Shown piece by piece: positions 11,766 to 21,716 of a DNA stretch of 64,000 nt (position 1 is its first letter; each line of letters opens with the position of its first letter). The stretch covers positions 2,232,001 through 2,296,000 of the forward strand of contig BQFW01000007.1 in assembly GCA_020891255.1 (NCBI GenBank). Reading direction: 5' to 3'. The notes beneath the pieces are model-generated. The model had not been told where the DNA came from. It saw only the letters and a program-made list of their open reading frames with translations, and ran no database searches. This DNA comes from Entomortierella parvispora E1425. Taxonomy: Eukaryota; Fungi; Mortierellomycota. Both the position numbers and the translations under genes were made by a program.

Positions 11766-14632
11766 CGTACAGAGCACTCTGACACTCGGCCGGCCCTTGC
11801 CTACATATCGTGCCGATGGCTCGTGTTGGCGTCAAACGCTGGCTTCGCTGATGGGCTCAAGTTTTCATCCATATTTTGCGGCTGATGGTTGCTTCACTGG
11901 CCTTTGCTCTGTATTTTTGCTTTTGGCCAAGGAGTTGCGCGGAAAGCGCTATCTTGCTCGTGGGTTGTCCTCTCGTCTCTGTCCACCCCTAGTGTTTTCT
12001 CGGTTCTATTTCTCCTCGACTGTCCCTCTCGCCCTCTTCTTGTCTCTGCATTTCTATTGCTTCTCTATCTTATATACCTTCCATAGCTCAATTGCCCGTA
12101 GGCTTGCTGTCACAAAAAGTTGAGCTGCTTCTTCTCACCCTCGCACAGTCTTATTGATAGAAAGTGATCTTGCTGCCATTGCTTCAATTCCAATGGCGAG
12201 CATCGGTTCTCGACTGGATTGATCAAGTGCGGGTTTTACTGAAAAGTCAGGAATCAAACAAGGTCCTGCGGCACCGTCTCTTCAAACTCCTGACAAGGAT
12301 CCAACCCGAGCTTTCCCCAAGAAGCAATCTGAATGGCTCCCGAAGGGGAACAAAATTCATTATCGGAAGAATGTTCTCGAGGAGGAAAGGGATAGCCATT
12401 TCGCCTTCGGGACAGTCTCCCCCCTTTCTGAAAAAAAAAAAAAAAAAAAAACACCTCGTCTGTGAAGTTGCACGAGACAAACATACCTCATGCCTTATCT
12501 GTAAAGGAATGGGATCGAAGTAGGGAATCTAATTTGGCCATTGCGCTGCTGGAGCTCAGTCAATCTTACAGGTCTCATAACCATGTCAGGTATATTCTTT
12601 GGGCTATTTGTTCTGCTGGTAAAGCCTTTGGACCTTTGGGCACTTGACAAAAAAGTTCATGTCTGTTCGTTCTTCTAGAAAAAAAATCGCCTGGCCTTTC
12701 AAGTTAGACAAAACGAAACCTTTAGATGGGTCAATTGACGAGCTGATCCAGCAATGGAAGAGAGAATCTTGCATCGCGTCAGAGACATAAAAAGATTCTG
12801 GTCCACACAGCATCGTCTCTAAACGATTGTGGCGTACTTCTAGCAGATATACCGGTGATATCACGAAACTGAGAGAAGAGAAGAGAAGAAGAAAGAAGTC
12901 ACTCATGCAACCATCGCTCGGCGACATGACGATGTAGAAAAGGCTAGATTTTTTTTTTTTTTTTGCAACGTCTGATCAGCTTTCACTCACGCCAGCAATA
13001 GCGCAGAGAATCGTGCAGTGAAGTAATTACTCAGTGGCATCTTGGACGTACGTTTGCACAACACGCATCTTGCAACCTTTGACGAGAATAGCAAGTGACA
13101 AGAGCCCGTTGTTTGCTTGATGAAATGAGTACTGTGCTACGACAACGTACATAGTGCTCTCGTTTCCAATTGAAAGCAGATCTTTTGCGGGGGAGAGTGG
13201 TCGTTTTTGGAGTGTCCAAATGTCATGTCGACCTTCTTGGATGATTTCTGGAAAGACCCTGCGGATGGTGGATAGGGGTTTGAACAGATCAGGTAGCTCT
13301 CGCCATTTTGAGCAGCAACTGAAGACGCGAATCGCTTTCTTGAACCTTCCTCCAACTCAGGTCCGACATATGAGGTCATGATTGATGTCGCACGTGCAAT
13401 TTAAAAACGAATTGAACGTTAATTTAATGAGGATCCGGACCCGTTGTGGGGTCAGAAGGGAGCCTGGGATCCATTCAGAGAGAAAGGACCCATGTCGAAT
13501 CTAAGCAAAAGACCGGGCAATGGAGAAGAGGAAGAAGAGCCGCAGTTCAAGCTTGCAAGAAGAGGAAGAGGGGCACAAGGGAGCACAGGCATGGAAAAGT
13601 GAAAAGTGCAAAAAGGAACTGACCCCGAGACCAACGGCGGGGTCACACAGAGCTGCGATGAAATGAATTTTTTGATTTTTTCTTATCTCTGTGCTTTGAG
13701 CCGAGGGAGTGAAGTGCGCGGATGACCAAAGAACGTTGTTTTTGACTTTATGCACACCCCTGTCGTCTGTGTCTGTCTGTCGACCTCTCTGTCTGTGTGT
13801 GTCTTTCTCTGACTTGATCTTCTTTCGTGGATTTTTTTTTCTTTTTTTCTTTCTCCACAGATGCTTTGTTTGTTTGTTGTGAGGGAAAGGAGGTCGAGCT
13901 GGGAAGGAAGGGAAGGGATTCCAAGGGAACACAAAGGGACAGCGAGACATGGCCCAGGAAAAAAAAAAAAAAAAAAAAAAAGAAATAAAAAGGGCTCAGA
14001 GGAAAAAGAATGCGCGATGCATAATCTCCGTGGGTTCGTGGGTGGGCGAGTGGACCAGAGTGGAGGGGCAGGCAGGACAAAGGAAGAGAAGGGAAGGGAA
14101 GGGATGCACTGCACTCTGTCATGGACACGGACATGCAGACAAACAGGCAGACAGACAGACAGACAAACACAAAAAAAAAAAGTCTTTCCCTCCTTTTTGC
14201 ACTAGCGAGCCAAACAATTGGCTCCTTTTTGCTCCGTTATCTCTCACACATCACCCCCCCTCTCTCACACTCTTTTTGGCTCGCAGCACATCTCACACCT
14301 CCACTCACTGCTCACTGTCTCACTTCGGTTTCTTCCTGCGTCCCTTTTGTCTTTGTCTTTCGTCCCTTCCACTTTCTGGCCCTTTTCTCTTTCTTCTCTT
14401 CGCTCCATTCTTTTCATTCATTCACCTTGCTCGACACCTTATTCCTGATTCTTCATTTATTCATTCTCACCTTCTCCTTCCCTTCGTCATAAACCTTCAC
14501 TTTGCTCACATTCATTCTCCTCCCGCCTCTCTCTTCCGTTGTTCGCTCCGCCCTGCATATTGCTGCATAGACGCACTTTATCTCTGGCTATAGTTCCTCA
14601 CTACTCCATTTCTCCATTCCTCCCTTGCCTGT

Positions 14633-17389
14633 ATGACCTTTTCCATTCCCCAGCCTATTCCCTCTCGTTCTTCCCATCCCGTCCACGCTCACCAACGCCC
14701 CCCTATCCGTCGCTCACAGTCCCATACCATCGCCACCGTTGCTGCCACCCTCGCAGACTCGCCCTCGACAGTCGGTGGTAGTGGCGCGAATCCAAAGTTT
14801 GGTATCACTCATCTCCTCGCCAGTGCTCTCCATCCCGATATCGGCGAGGATCTGACCCTAGGCAACGATGATGATCTTGACGATCACTGTGATCACGACG
14901 AGGACGACGACGACGAGTCCTCTGAGCCGTTGGTAGAGCGACGGTTCGATAGCGGCCATTATAGCAGCATGGAGGAGGAGAACAGGGGGATCCCCATTGG
15001 CAAGCCCAGCTTTCTCTATAAATCCAACCCTGTTTCTGCTTTCTCGAACCGGTCCAGCAACAGCCATCTGTATGGCACGTATGGCAGTGGCAGCGTTGAC
15101 GCGTCCGCTCAGCTCAGTGGAGGTCCAGGGCACCCGTCCCGGCGACATGTGTACAGCCACAGTCACTCCAACAGTGATGGCCACAACAGCATGAATGTCA
15201 TGGCCAATAACCTCAAAGGCACCCACAGCAACAAGAGCAAGAACCAAGCGAATGGTGGCCAAGATGCCACTGACTGCATCAACGGCAACTTGTCGACAAA
15301 CAGTCTTGGTTTGCGTGCGACAGTCGATCATACCCGGAATGAACTCCAACCCCAAATACCTCATGTCGAATACCAACCTCAACCACCCTCACCACAACAA
15401 CAAATGGCGCTAACAGAACAGGCTAGCACCGCAGCTGTGCCCTCCCTGTTCACCCCCTTTGCGGATGCACCTTCCTCATCTAGGAGCATTGCTATTCCAC
15501 AACAAGCAAATCGTCAGGAGGGAGCACAGAGTGTTGCACGTCCCACCAGCAACGGTCCCCCCACACCAGCCCCTGGCCCAACACAGCATCCTCACCCCAT
15601 CATCTCTATTGACACATCCAAAGCGCGTCTGATCAAGACGCCAGTGTCTGCACCCAAGGACACCATGGCAACAAAGGAGGCAGGCTCTGCAGTGGCAGTC
15701 AAGCGGGCCGTGTCCATAAGTGCCCTTCCGAGGTCTCGTGCAGAGGGTCAGCTAACCCTGGGGTTACGTAAAGAGGAAAAGGCGTCGACACCCGGTGCCA
15801 CCGTTACTGCACCGACTTCATCCAGCACTGCCAACAACTCGTCCACACGACCCTTGATGATGGCAAGTCAGTCGCGGCTGAGCTCGGCCCTCCCCCCCAC
15901 CCCGTCCTATCATCAGCGCCAGCATTCTCTTACTGCTCAAGAGTCTGTTCTTCTCCCCGCACTCTCCCCTTCCTCCCCTCGAGCCAACTCTGCCCTCGTC
16001 ACTTCACTCGAGCAACTCTCTGTGTCCTGGAAGGCCCCAGAGCATACCCCTAGTTTCCCCATCAACCGACTCCATCGCTCTCGAACAATTTCTTCCGGCA
16101 CCCGCCCCAGCATCAACTCGTCCTTCTCCTCCAACGGTACTTTTGGCTCTTCCAACAATTCTGGGAACCAGTATCAGTTTCAGCAGAGTAACCTTGTCTC
16201 ACCCAGCACCATGGTCACATCGTCATCTTACAGTTCATTGCCCTATTCCCCTGCGGTGGCGTTCCTTTCCAACTTTGTGGACGCGACTGCGCCGCAGATG
16301 GCACCGGATGAGGAAGGCGAGCAGGTCGGAGACTTTATCATGGGCAAGGTCATTGGTCACGGTGGATTCTCTATTGTTCGAGAAGCCTTTGCGATTCATC
16401 TGGACGGAATGGTAGCGCAGGTCGCGGTCAAGATCGTCAAGACGCAGACGGGACTGACCGACAATGACAGAGTCCAAAGGATGCTTGACAAGGAGGTGGC
16501 TATCTGGAGCCGACTTGCCCACCCCAACGTGCTCCCGTTTGTCGCTGTGGAGAAGCTCCCCTGCAGCACATTTGTCTTTTGCGAGCTTTGCACTGGAGGC
16601 CATCTTTTGGACTATATCACCAAGCAAGAGGCATCCTCCTATCTTTCACCCCGCGCTGGCAGCAGCACCATCGGCCTGGGCGAAACGCAGGCTAGATTGA
16701 TCTTCAACCAGATTGCAGAGGCAGTGCGATACCTCCACGAAGAGAAGCGGATTGTTCACCGCGACATCAAGCTTGAAAACATTCTGCAACATGAGGACGG
16801 CACTTGGAAGATTTGCGACTTTGGACTGGCTGAGTACCAAAACGATGAGGCGGCCTCTTACTTTGGATCCCCCGTCTCCCCGACCATCTACAACCCCAGA
16901 GCCTCCCAGTCCAAGGGACTTCAAGGTAGTCCAACCAGTGCCCGGAGCGATAGTAGTCTCCCAGATGATAGCAATGCAGATATCATGGCGGAGGACGATG
17001 ACGATATTGTGGGTGGATCTTTGGCATACTGCTCCCCAGAGCAACTCCGGTCCCAAAAGCCTCTCCGATGTCCATCATCGGATGTGTGGTCGCTCGGTGT
17101 GGTACTCTACGCGCTCTTGACAGGCCGCCTTCCCTTCCAAGACGAGTACGAGCCTCGACTCCAGTACCAGATTCTGAATGGACGGTACGAGGACCCGACC
17201 GAGTGCAGTGTCGAGGCCCGTGAGTTGTTGCGCAATATGTTTAGATCCAAGCCTGAAGACCGTTGGCGTATTGGCCAAGTGATGGACAGCCCGTGGTGTA
17301 TGGGCACGATGCAAGAGAGCTGCTTTGATGACTATAACAATGGCAGCACCAAGCTTAACAATAACTTTTTCGCGTCTTTCCGCATGTAA
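14633..17389 (+). CDS. Single-exon CAMK-group (CAMKL-like) Ser/Thr kinase with long disordered N-terminus, 918 aa
   Basis: C-terminal kinase domain: IGHGGFSIV, VAVKIV, HRDIKLEN, ICDFGLAE, GSLAYCSPE, DVWSLGVVLY, GRLPF. The N-terminal ~560 aa are Ser/Pro/Gln-rich. Confidence 0.93.
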   Translation: MTFSIPQPIPSRSSHPVHAHQRPPIRRSQSHTIATVAATLADSPSTVGGSGANPKFGITHLLASALHPDIGEDLTLGNDDDLDDHCDHDEDDDDESSEPLVERRFDSGHYSSMEEENRGIPIGKPSFLYKSNPVSAFSNRSSNSHLYGTYGSGSVDASAQLSGGPGHPSRRHVYSHSHSNSDGHNSMNVMANNLKGTHSNKSKNQANGGQDATDCINGNLSTNSLGLRATVDHTRNELQPQIPHVEYQPQPPSPQQQMALTEQASTAAVPSLFTPFADAPSSSRSIAIPQQANRQEGAQSVARPTSNGPPTPAPGPTQHPHPIISIDTSKARLIKTPVSAPKDTMATKEAGSAVAVKRAVSISALPRSRAEGQLTLGLRKEEKASTPGATVTAPTSSSTANNSSTRPLMMASQSRLSSALPPTPSYHQRQHSLTAQESVLLPALSPSSPRANSALVTSLEQLSVSWKAPEHTPSFPINRLHRSRTISSGTRPSINSSFSSNGTFGSSNNSGNQYQFQQSNLVSPSTMVTSSSYSSLPYSPAVAFLSNFVDATAPQMAPDEEGEQVGDFIMGKVIGHGGFSIVREAFAIHLDGMVAQVAVKIVKTQTGLTDNDRVQRMLDKEVAIWSRLAHPNVLPFVAVEKLPCSTFVFCELCTGGHLLDYITKQEASSYLSPRAGSSTIGLGETQARLIFNQIAEAVRYLHEEKRIVHRDIKLENILQHEDGTWKICDFGLAEYQNDEAASYFGSPVSPTIYNPRASQSKGLQGSPTSARSDSSLPDDSNADIMAEDDDDIVGGSLAYCSPEQLRSQKPLRCPSSDVWSLGVVLYALLTGRLPFQDEYEPRLQYQILNGRYEDPTECSVEARELLRNMFRSKPEDRWRIGQVMDSPWCMGTMQESCFDDYNNGSTKLNNNFFASFRM

Positions 17390-17763
17390 TTCCCTTTGGG
17401 GGGAGAACAGGGCCTTCCCCCGTCAACTCCTTTGTCTATACCTTTACTTTCAATAAAAACCCTCTGTATATGTAGTAATTGTCAGGTGGGGGTGAACGCG
17501 TCGGACTCGATTGGTGGCACGATGTCACCGTGCGCCTCGAGTCAACATAAATCTTCGCCAGTGGAGCCTTTCCTTCTCTCTCTTTCTCTTTGTTCTACTA
17601 CATTCCTCTCACCTAACCTTCGCCATCGATCCATTCATTCATACATTCATTCACACTAAAACTTCATTGACGTACCCTGCATTCCATCAGGACCCAGCAT
17701 CCCGATTCCTACAACTGGCCAATGGCAAAACCAAAAAAGACGTAAAGCTCCTTCATCTTCATT

Positions 17764-17794
<31 letters not shown>

Positions 17795-18009
17795 GAAAGT
17801 CTTCAACCCCTCGCCACTGTTTTTCTACCCATTGTTCTTCATGACTGGGTGGCTATACTCCACAGACAGAAAGGACCTCTGAATTGCTTTAGCTGCGGAA
17901 CTGCGCCAGGCAGTTTTCTTTTTCATTTTTCGATTGACTTTATCATCCATGGCTTTTTTTTTCTTGTTCATTTGGTTCAATGAAAAAAAAAGAATCAGAT
18001 CAATAACCG

Positions 18010-20376
18010 ATGCGGGTTTTATTTGTATTTATGTATTTTCCCCCTCATAGAAAATTGCTGCCCCCTCGGCATACCCATACCCAGTCAGAATTCGTTTATG
18101 AACGAACGACAGCCTTCAGAGATGACAAGGACATTGCGCTCGACAAATCCATTCGGAAAGAAGAAGAGGAAATGTTGATCCTGGCACGCTTGCTGCGATC
18201 GGTCGCCAATGATCAGGAGAGGATGGTCGAGGTCACGAAACAAATCCTGTCTGTCAAAGGCCGAAACGATGACCATGGTGTTGATGATGTTGGCGGCAAC
18301 GGTGACGATGGTCACCACAGCAGCGGTAGCAGTAGTAGTAGTAGCAGCAGTAAAGGCGACACAGGTGGCAACATTCAAGATGTTGTATTGGTGGCCCGTG
18401 TAGCCTTACAGTTGGACCTGGACCCAGACTCTGACTCTACAGTCTCTGGCAGGACTCGGACCTTCAGGTCTTCCTCCTCTCGGAAAGAATACTCGGGTCT
18501 CCCAGATGTGTTACCACCGCCTCCTCCCTCTTTGACAACAGCGGGCTATCAAGCCCTCCCACCGATTTCGGATTTCCCGCTCTTGTCAGCCAAGAGCTTG
18601 AGAATTCTTCAGAGCCACAACAAGGGGAAGCCCTCCAATGGCTCAGGAGTCAAGAAAAAGCGATTTGCGGGCGGCGCCAAGAGCCATGGTGGTGGAGGAG
18701 GAGGTGGCGAAACATTCTCATCGAGGCGGGGGTCCTTGGACACCGGCAGCCTTGGCACTGCGCACAAGAGGCGTGGTAAGACCCATTCACTTTTTTTTTC
18801 CAGTTCTGAAGAGATACTCTCCAGTCAAGGCAGGCCATGATGCCCGAATTGGGTCATTGACTCAGCCCTTCTTTTTACCTTCTTTTTTATCTTTGCCTTT
18901 TTAGCTTCATCAACAGGAAGCAGCGTTGGTGACGATGCCGATTTTAGTCCATCGCAAGAAGATAACAGTCGTGGTGCGAGAAGCTTTCAAAAGACGACAA
19001 CGACTCGCTCTGGACGGGAAGCGGTGGTGCAAGGGTCACAGGATGTTGTCATGACCTCCACCTCCGACAACAACAATGCTGGGGTGGCCAAAGATCACGC
19101 GACCCCACTGGCCACAAGAACGATACCCGGACTCCGACCTACCTCCAAACACACGCCTGTGCCGAAATCAAATCCCACGTATGCCGCCCCCGCCTCCAAG
19201 ACCCCTCCAGCAAAAAGGGCGCGGCGCGGGTCCACGTCGGAACCAGCTTCGAGGGCATCAGCCACACCCGTCTCGGAAATATCAGAGACGGCAGTGGTGG
19301 CAGAGGGAACACCAGACACGAACGGAGAGACGAGCGACCCTGATTTTGAGCCAGACACTTGCCTGCAGTGTATCCGAGCAAAGACACGATGCCATGGTTG
19401 CCAGCGAACGAGAAAAAATACATGGTCTCGGTGTATCCGATGCGTCCGCCATGGAATCCGGTGTGATCCTGTCGTCGCTGCAGTGGCCTATGCATTGGAC
19501 CCTACTTTGCCACCCATGTCATCCCTTAAAGCTCCGAATGCTGTAGGATCTATGGGTCATACCGCCGTGGCTGCAGCTGCTTCGGCTTCGGTAGTATCGC
19601 CCATTGACACCATGGGCAATGTTGACTCGACCGTTCCGACAGATGCTGCAGCTGCAATGCCGCATTCGGCTATCGCTGATTCCTTGGACAAGCGTAGGCC
19701 GTGCACCCATTGCAAGTCAGTCCGTGTCAAGTGCGAATATCTGAATAGACGCGATGATGGCAGCAAGGATCTGTGTCGGCGATGCATCAGGCTTCACTTG
19801 GAGTGCGTATCCAGCGATCGAAGCAGGCCCAAGGATATGAACCCATCCGAGGTCTTGGCTCCTGTCGATCTAGAGAGAATCAAGGAGGAGCTTTGGAAGG
19901 CTGGCGGCCCTTCCGGAGTAGACCCTCGGGATCTGTTGCCACCTTCGGTCGTAGCTGCGGCTGGTCCTCTCCTGTCGAATAATCTGGACGGTGAAGATTA
20001 TCAGATTGGAAAGAAACGTCAATTAGCCTTTCCCGATGGGATCTCCAAGGCCAATATTCTGCAGCATCGACCTCGACGTGCTGCCGCTACCACGGCGACT
20101 GCCACTGCCGGTTCTCCTCCTATGCCAAGAAAGACGTCATCTGCTGCCCCAACAAGGGCACGATCTGAGCAGTCGGGCCGGTCAAAGTCGATCTCAAGCT
20201 CGTCCACAGACGCAGACCTGCCTTTGGAAAACAGAGGCGCTGCCACCACCATCACGACTAGGGCTGCAGCCCCCGATACCACCGTGAAGGACCCGAGGTC
20301 CGATGGTGACCTCAACATCTCTGTATTGGCCGTGACAGGCGAACCTGACGAGATTGTGCCTTCCGCCAGAGACTGA
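18010..20376 (+). CDS. Fungal Zn(II)2Cys6 transcription factor with two binuclear clusters; 5' end uncertain (candidate upstream ATG at 17722)
   Basis: Phase-1 intron CGT G|gtaaga (18776)...tttttag|CT TCA (18904) joins ORF 18010 to ORF 19024 in frame. Two C-x2-C-x6-C-x13-C-x2-C-x6-C motifs (CLQCIRAKTRC...CIRCVRHGIRC and CTHCKSVRVKC...CRRCIRLHLEC). Basic NLS-like segments. Confidence 0.75.
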
Positions 20377-20613
20377 TTTCACATTTCCGAATACTTTACG
20401 TCAAGGAGGAAATAAAACCCAGTGATGTATTGTTTCCTTCCAAGATTTATTGTCAACCGATTTCGGTTGGGGTGAGGAGGGTGGTAGTAGGCCTAGGATG
20501 CCTTATTTTTTATGATTGATAGTTTTTTTTTGCGGGCTGTATAAGAGTTGAGAGTTTCGGGGGAGGGGTGGGTGGGAGCATTGTTGATATAAGAAAAAAA
20601 CAAAATGTCCCGT

Positions 20614-21446
20614 CTATTCTTCAGCGCGCTTCTTCTCCTCTGCTTCCTTCATGCGGCGGAGGTAACTATTATTTTCAAAAAGAAAAAAAAAAATAGAGAA
20701 CGAGGTTTAGAATCAGTGATCTATTGAATCCACTCTTTGACCGCTCCTGCTGAACTTTTTGGATATCAAAAGTTCTCTGGATCAACATGATGATGGAGTT
20801 GTGGGCACTGTAGATCTCTGCGTGTCGCCATTGATTTGTCCCTGTTGTCGAGAAAAAGAGCTGCGGTCTGGTGTTGCCCATCCACCATGAGAGTGCGGAA
20901 CGAGAAGGCAAGGTCCAATATTGGGTTGAGATTGCTCAATGGCTTCCCCGATCCTCTCGTGGTTACGATATAGCACGTAGTTCTCACAGGCAAGACCGAT
21001 GGCGATGAACCGTTGCTGCTTGCCCTCGAGTTCATGTTTCCGTCTCTTGGACAATGAGATTGAGCTCCCTGGAGGCTCTGGGAGAGAAGAACGCGTTCCA
21101 TTTGAATCATTGCCATTCTGCTTGCATCGTTCCATGTCCATTTTCCGAATTTTTTCGTGTCCTTTGTATCTCCGGCTCATCCTTTGAATCCTGTTGCCCC
21201 TTCGCCTCTGTAGATTCAATGGGTGCAACATGAATCGGATCATGCGACAACGAATAGAGATTAAAAGATGAAGACTTACTCATCGTATTGGCACTTCTCA
21301 TAGTCGTGGCGCAAGTCCTGGCACTTGAAGGGCAAGTAGTAGGTCTCGGACCGGCACTTGTTCAAGGGGATCAACAAGTGCGCGCAGAAATCGCGGTATC
21401 CAAGAGGCAGACGGGCATCCTGCATCTCCTTCTGTGTGGCGGTCAT
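20614..21446 (-). CDS. NDUFB7: NADH:ubiquinone oxidoreductase subunit B7 (B18), 72 aa, two exons
   Basis: MTATQKEMQDARLPLGYRDFCAHLLIPLNKCRSETYYLPFKCQDLRHDYEKCQYD has the twin CX9C-like pattern. Donor GA|gtaagt at 21279 and acceptor aataatag| at 20666 give D-YLRRMKEAEEKKRAEE*, the expected NDUFB7-type tail. Confidence 0.92.
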
Positions 21447-21716
21447 GGTAGATGTGAGATTAAGGGAGGGGTGATGGGGTGAAAGAGAGAGAGAGAAGGA
21501 GTCGAGATGAAAAAAAGAGACAAGTAAAATGCAAGGAACAAAAAAGGCCGGCTTTGGTGATGGTCGATTCGCTCCACTCCGGACAGATCTCTGCTTGTCC
21601 GACAGTCCGAAATTCAGAGGGAGCGAGTTGGTTGCCCTGATGTGGCTTAGGTCGTTGGCCACCAAAAAAAAAAAAAAAAATGACGTCACATTTTCGGGTC
21701 TTTTTTTTAATTAAAA

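Noticed and set aside
13452-14781. Many overlapping 64-214 aa ORFs, and a possible (TGTC)n/(GACA)n inverted repeat at ~13770-13810 and ~14140-14170
   Set aside because: These are CT/GA-rich promoter or 5' UTR microsatellites. The complementarity is explained by simple-repeat content.
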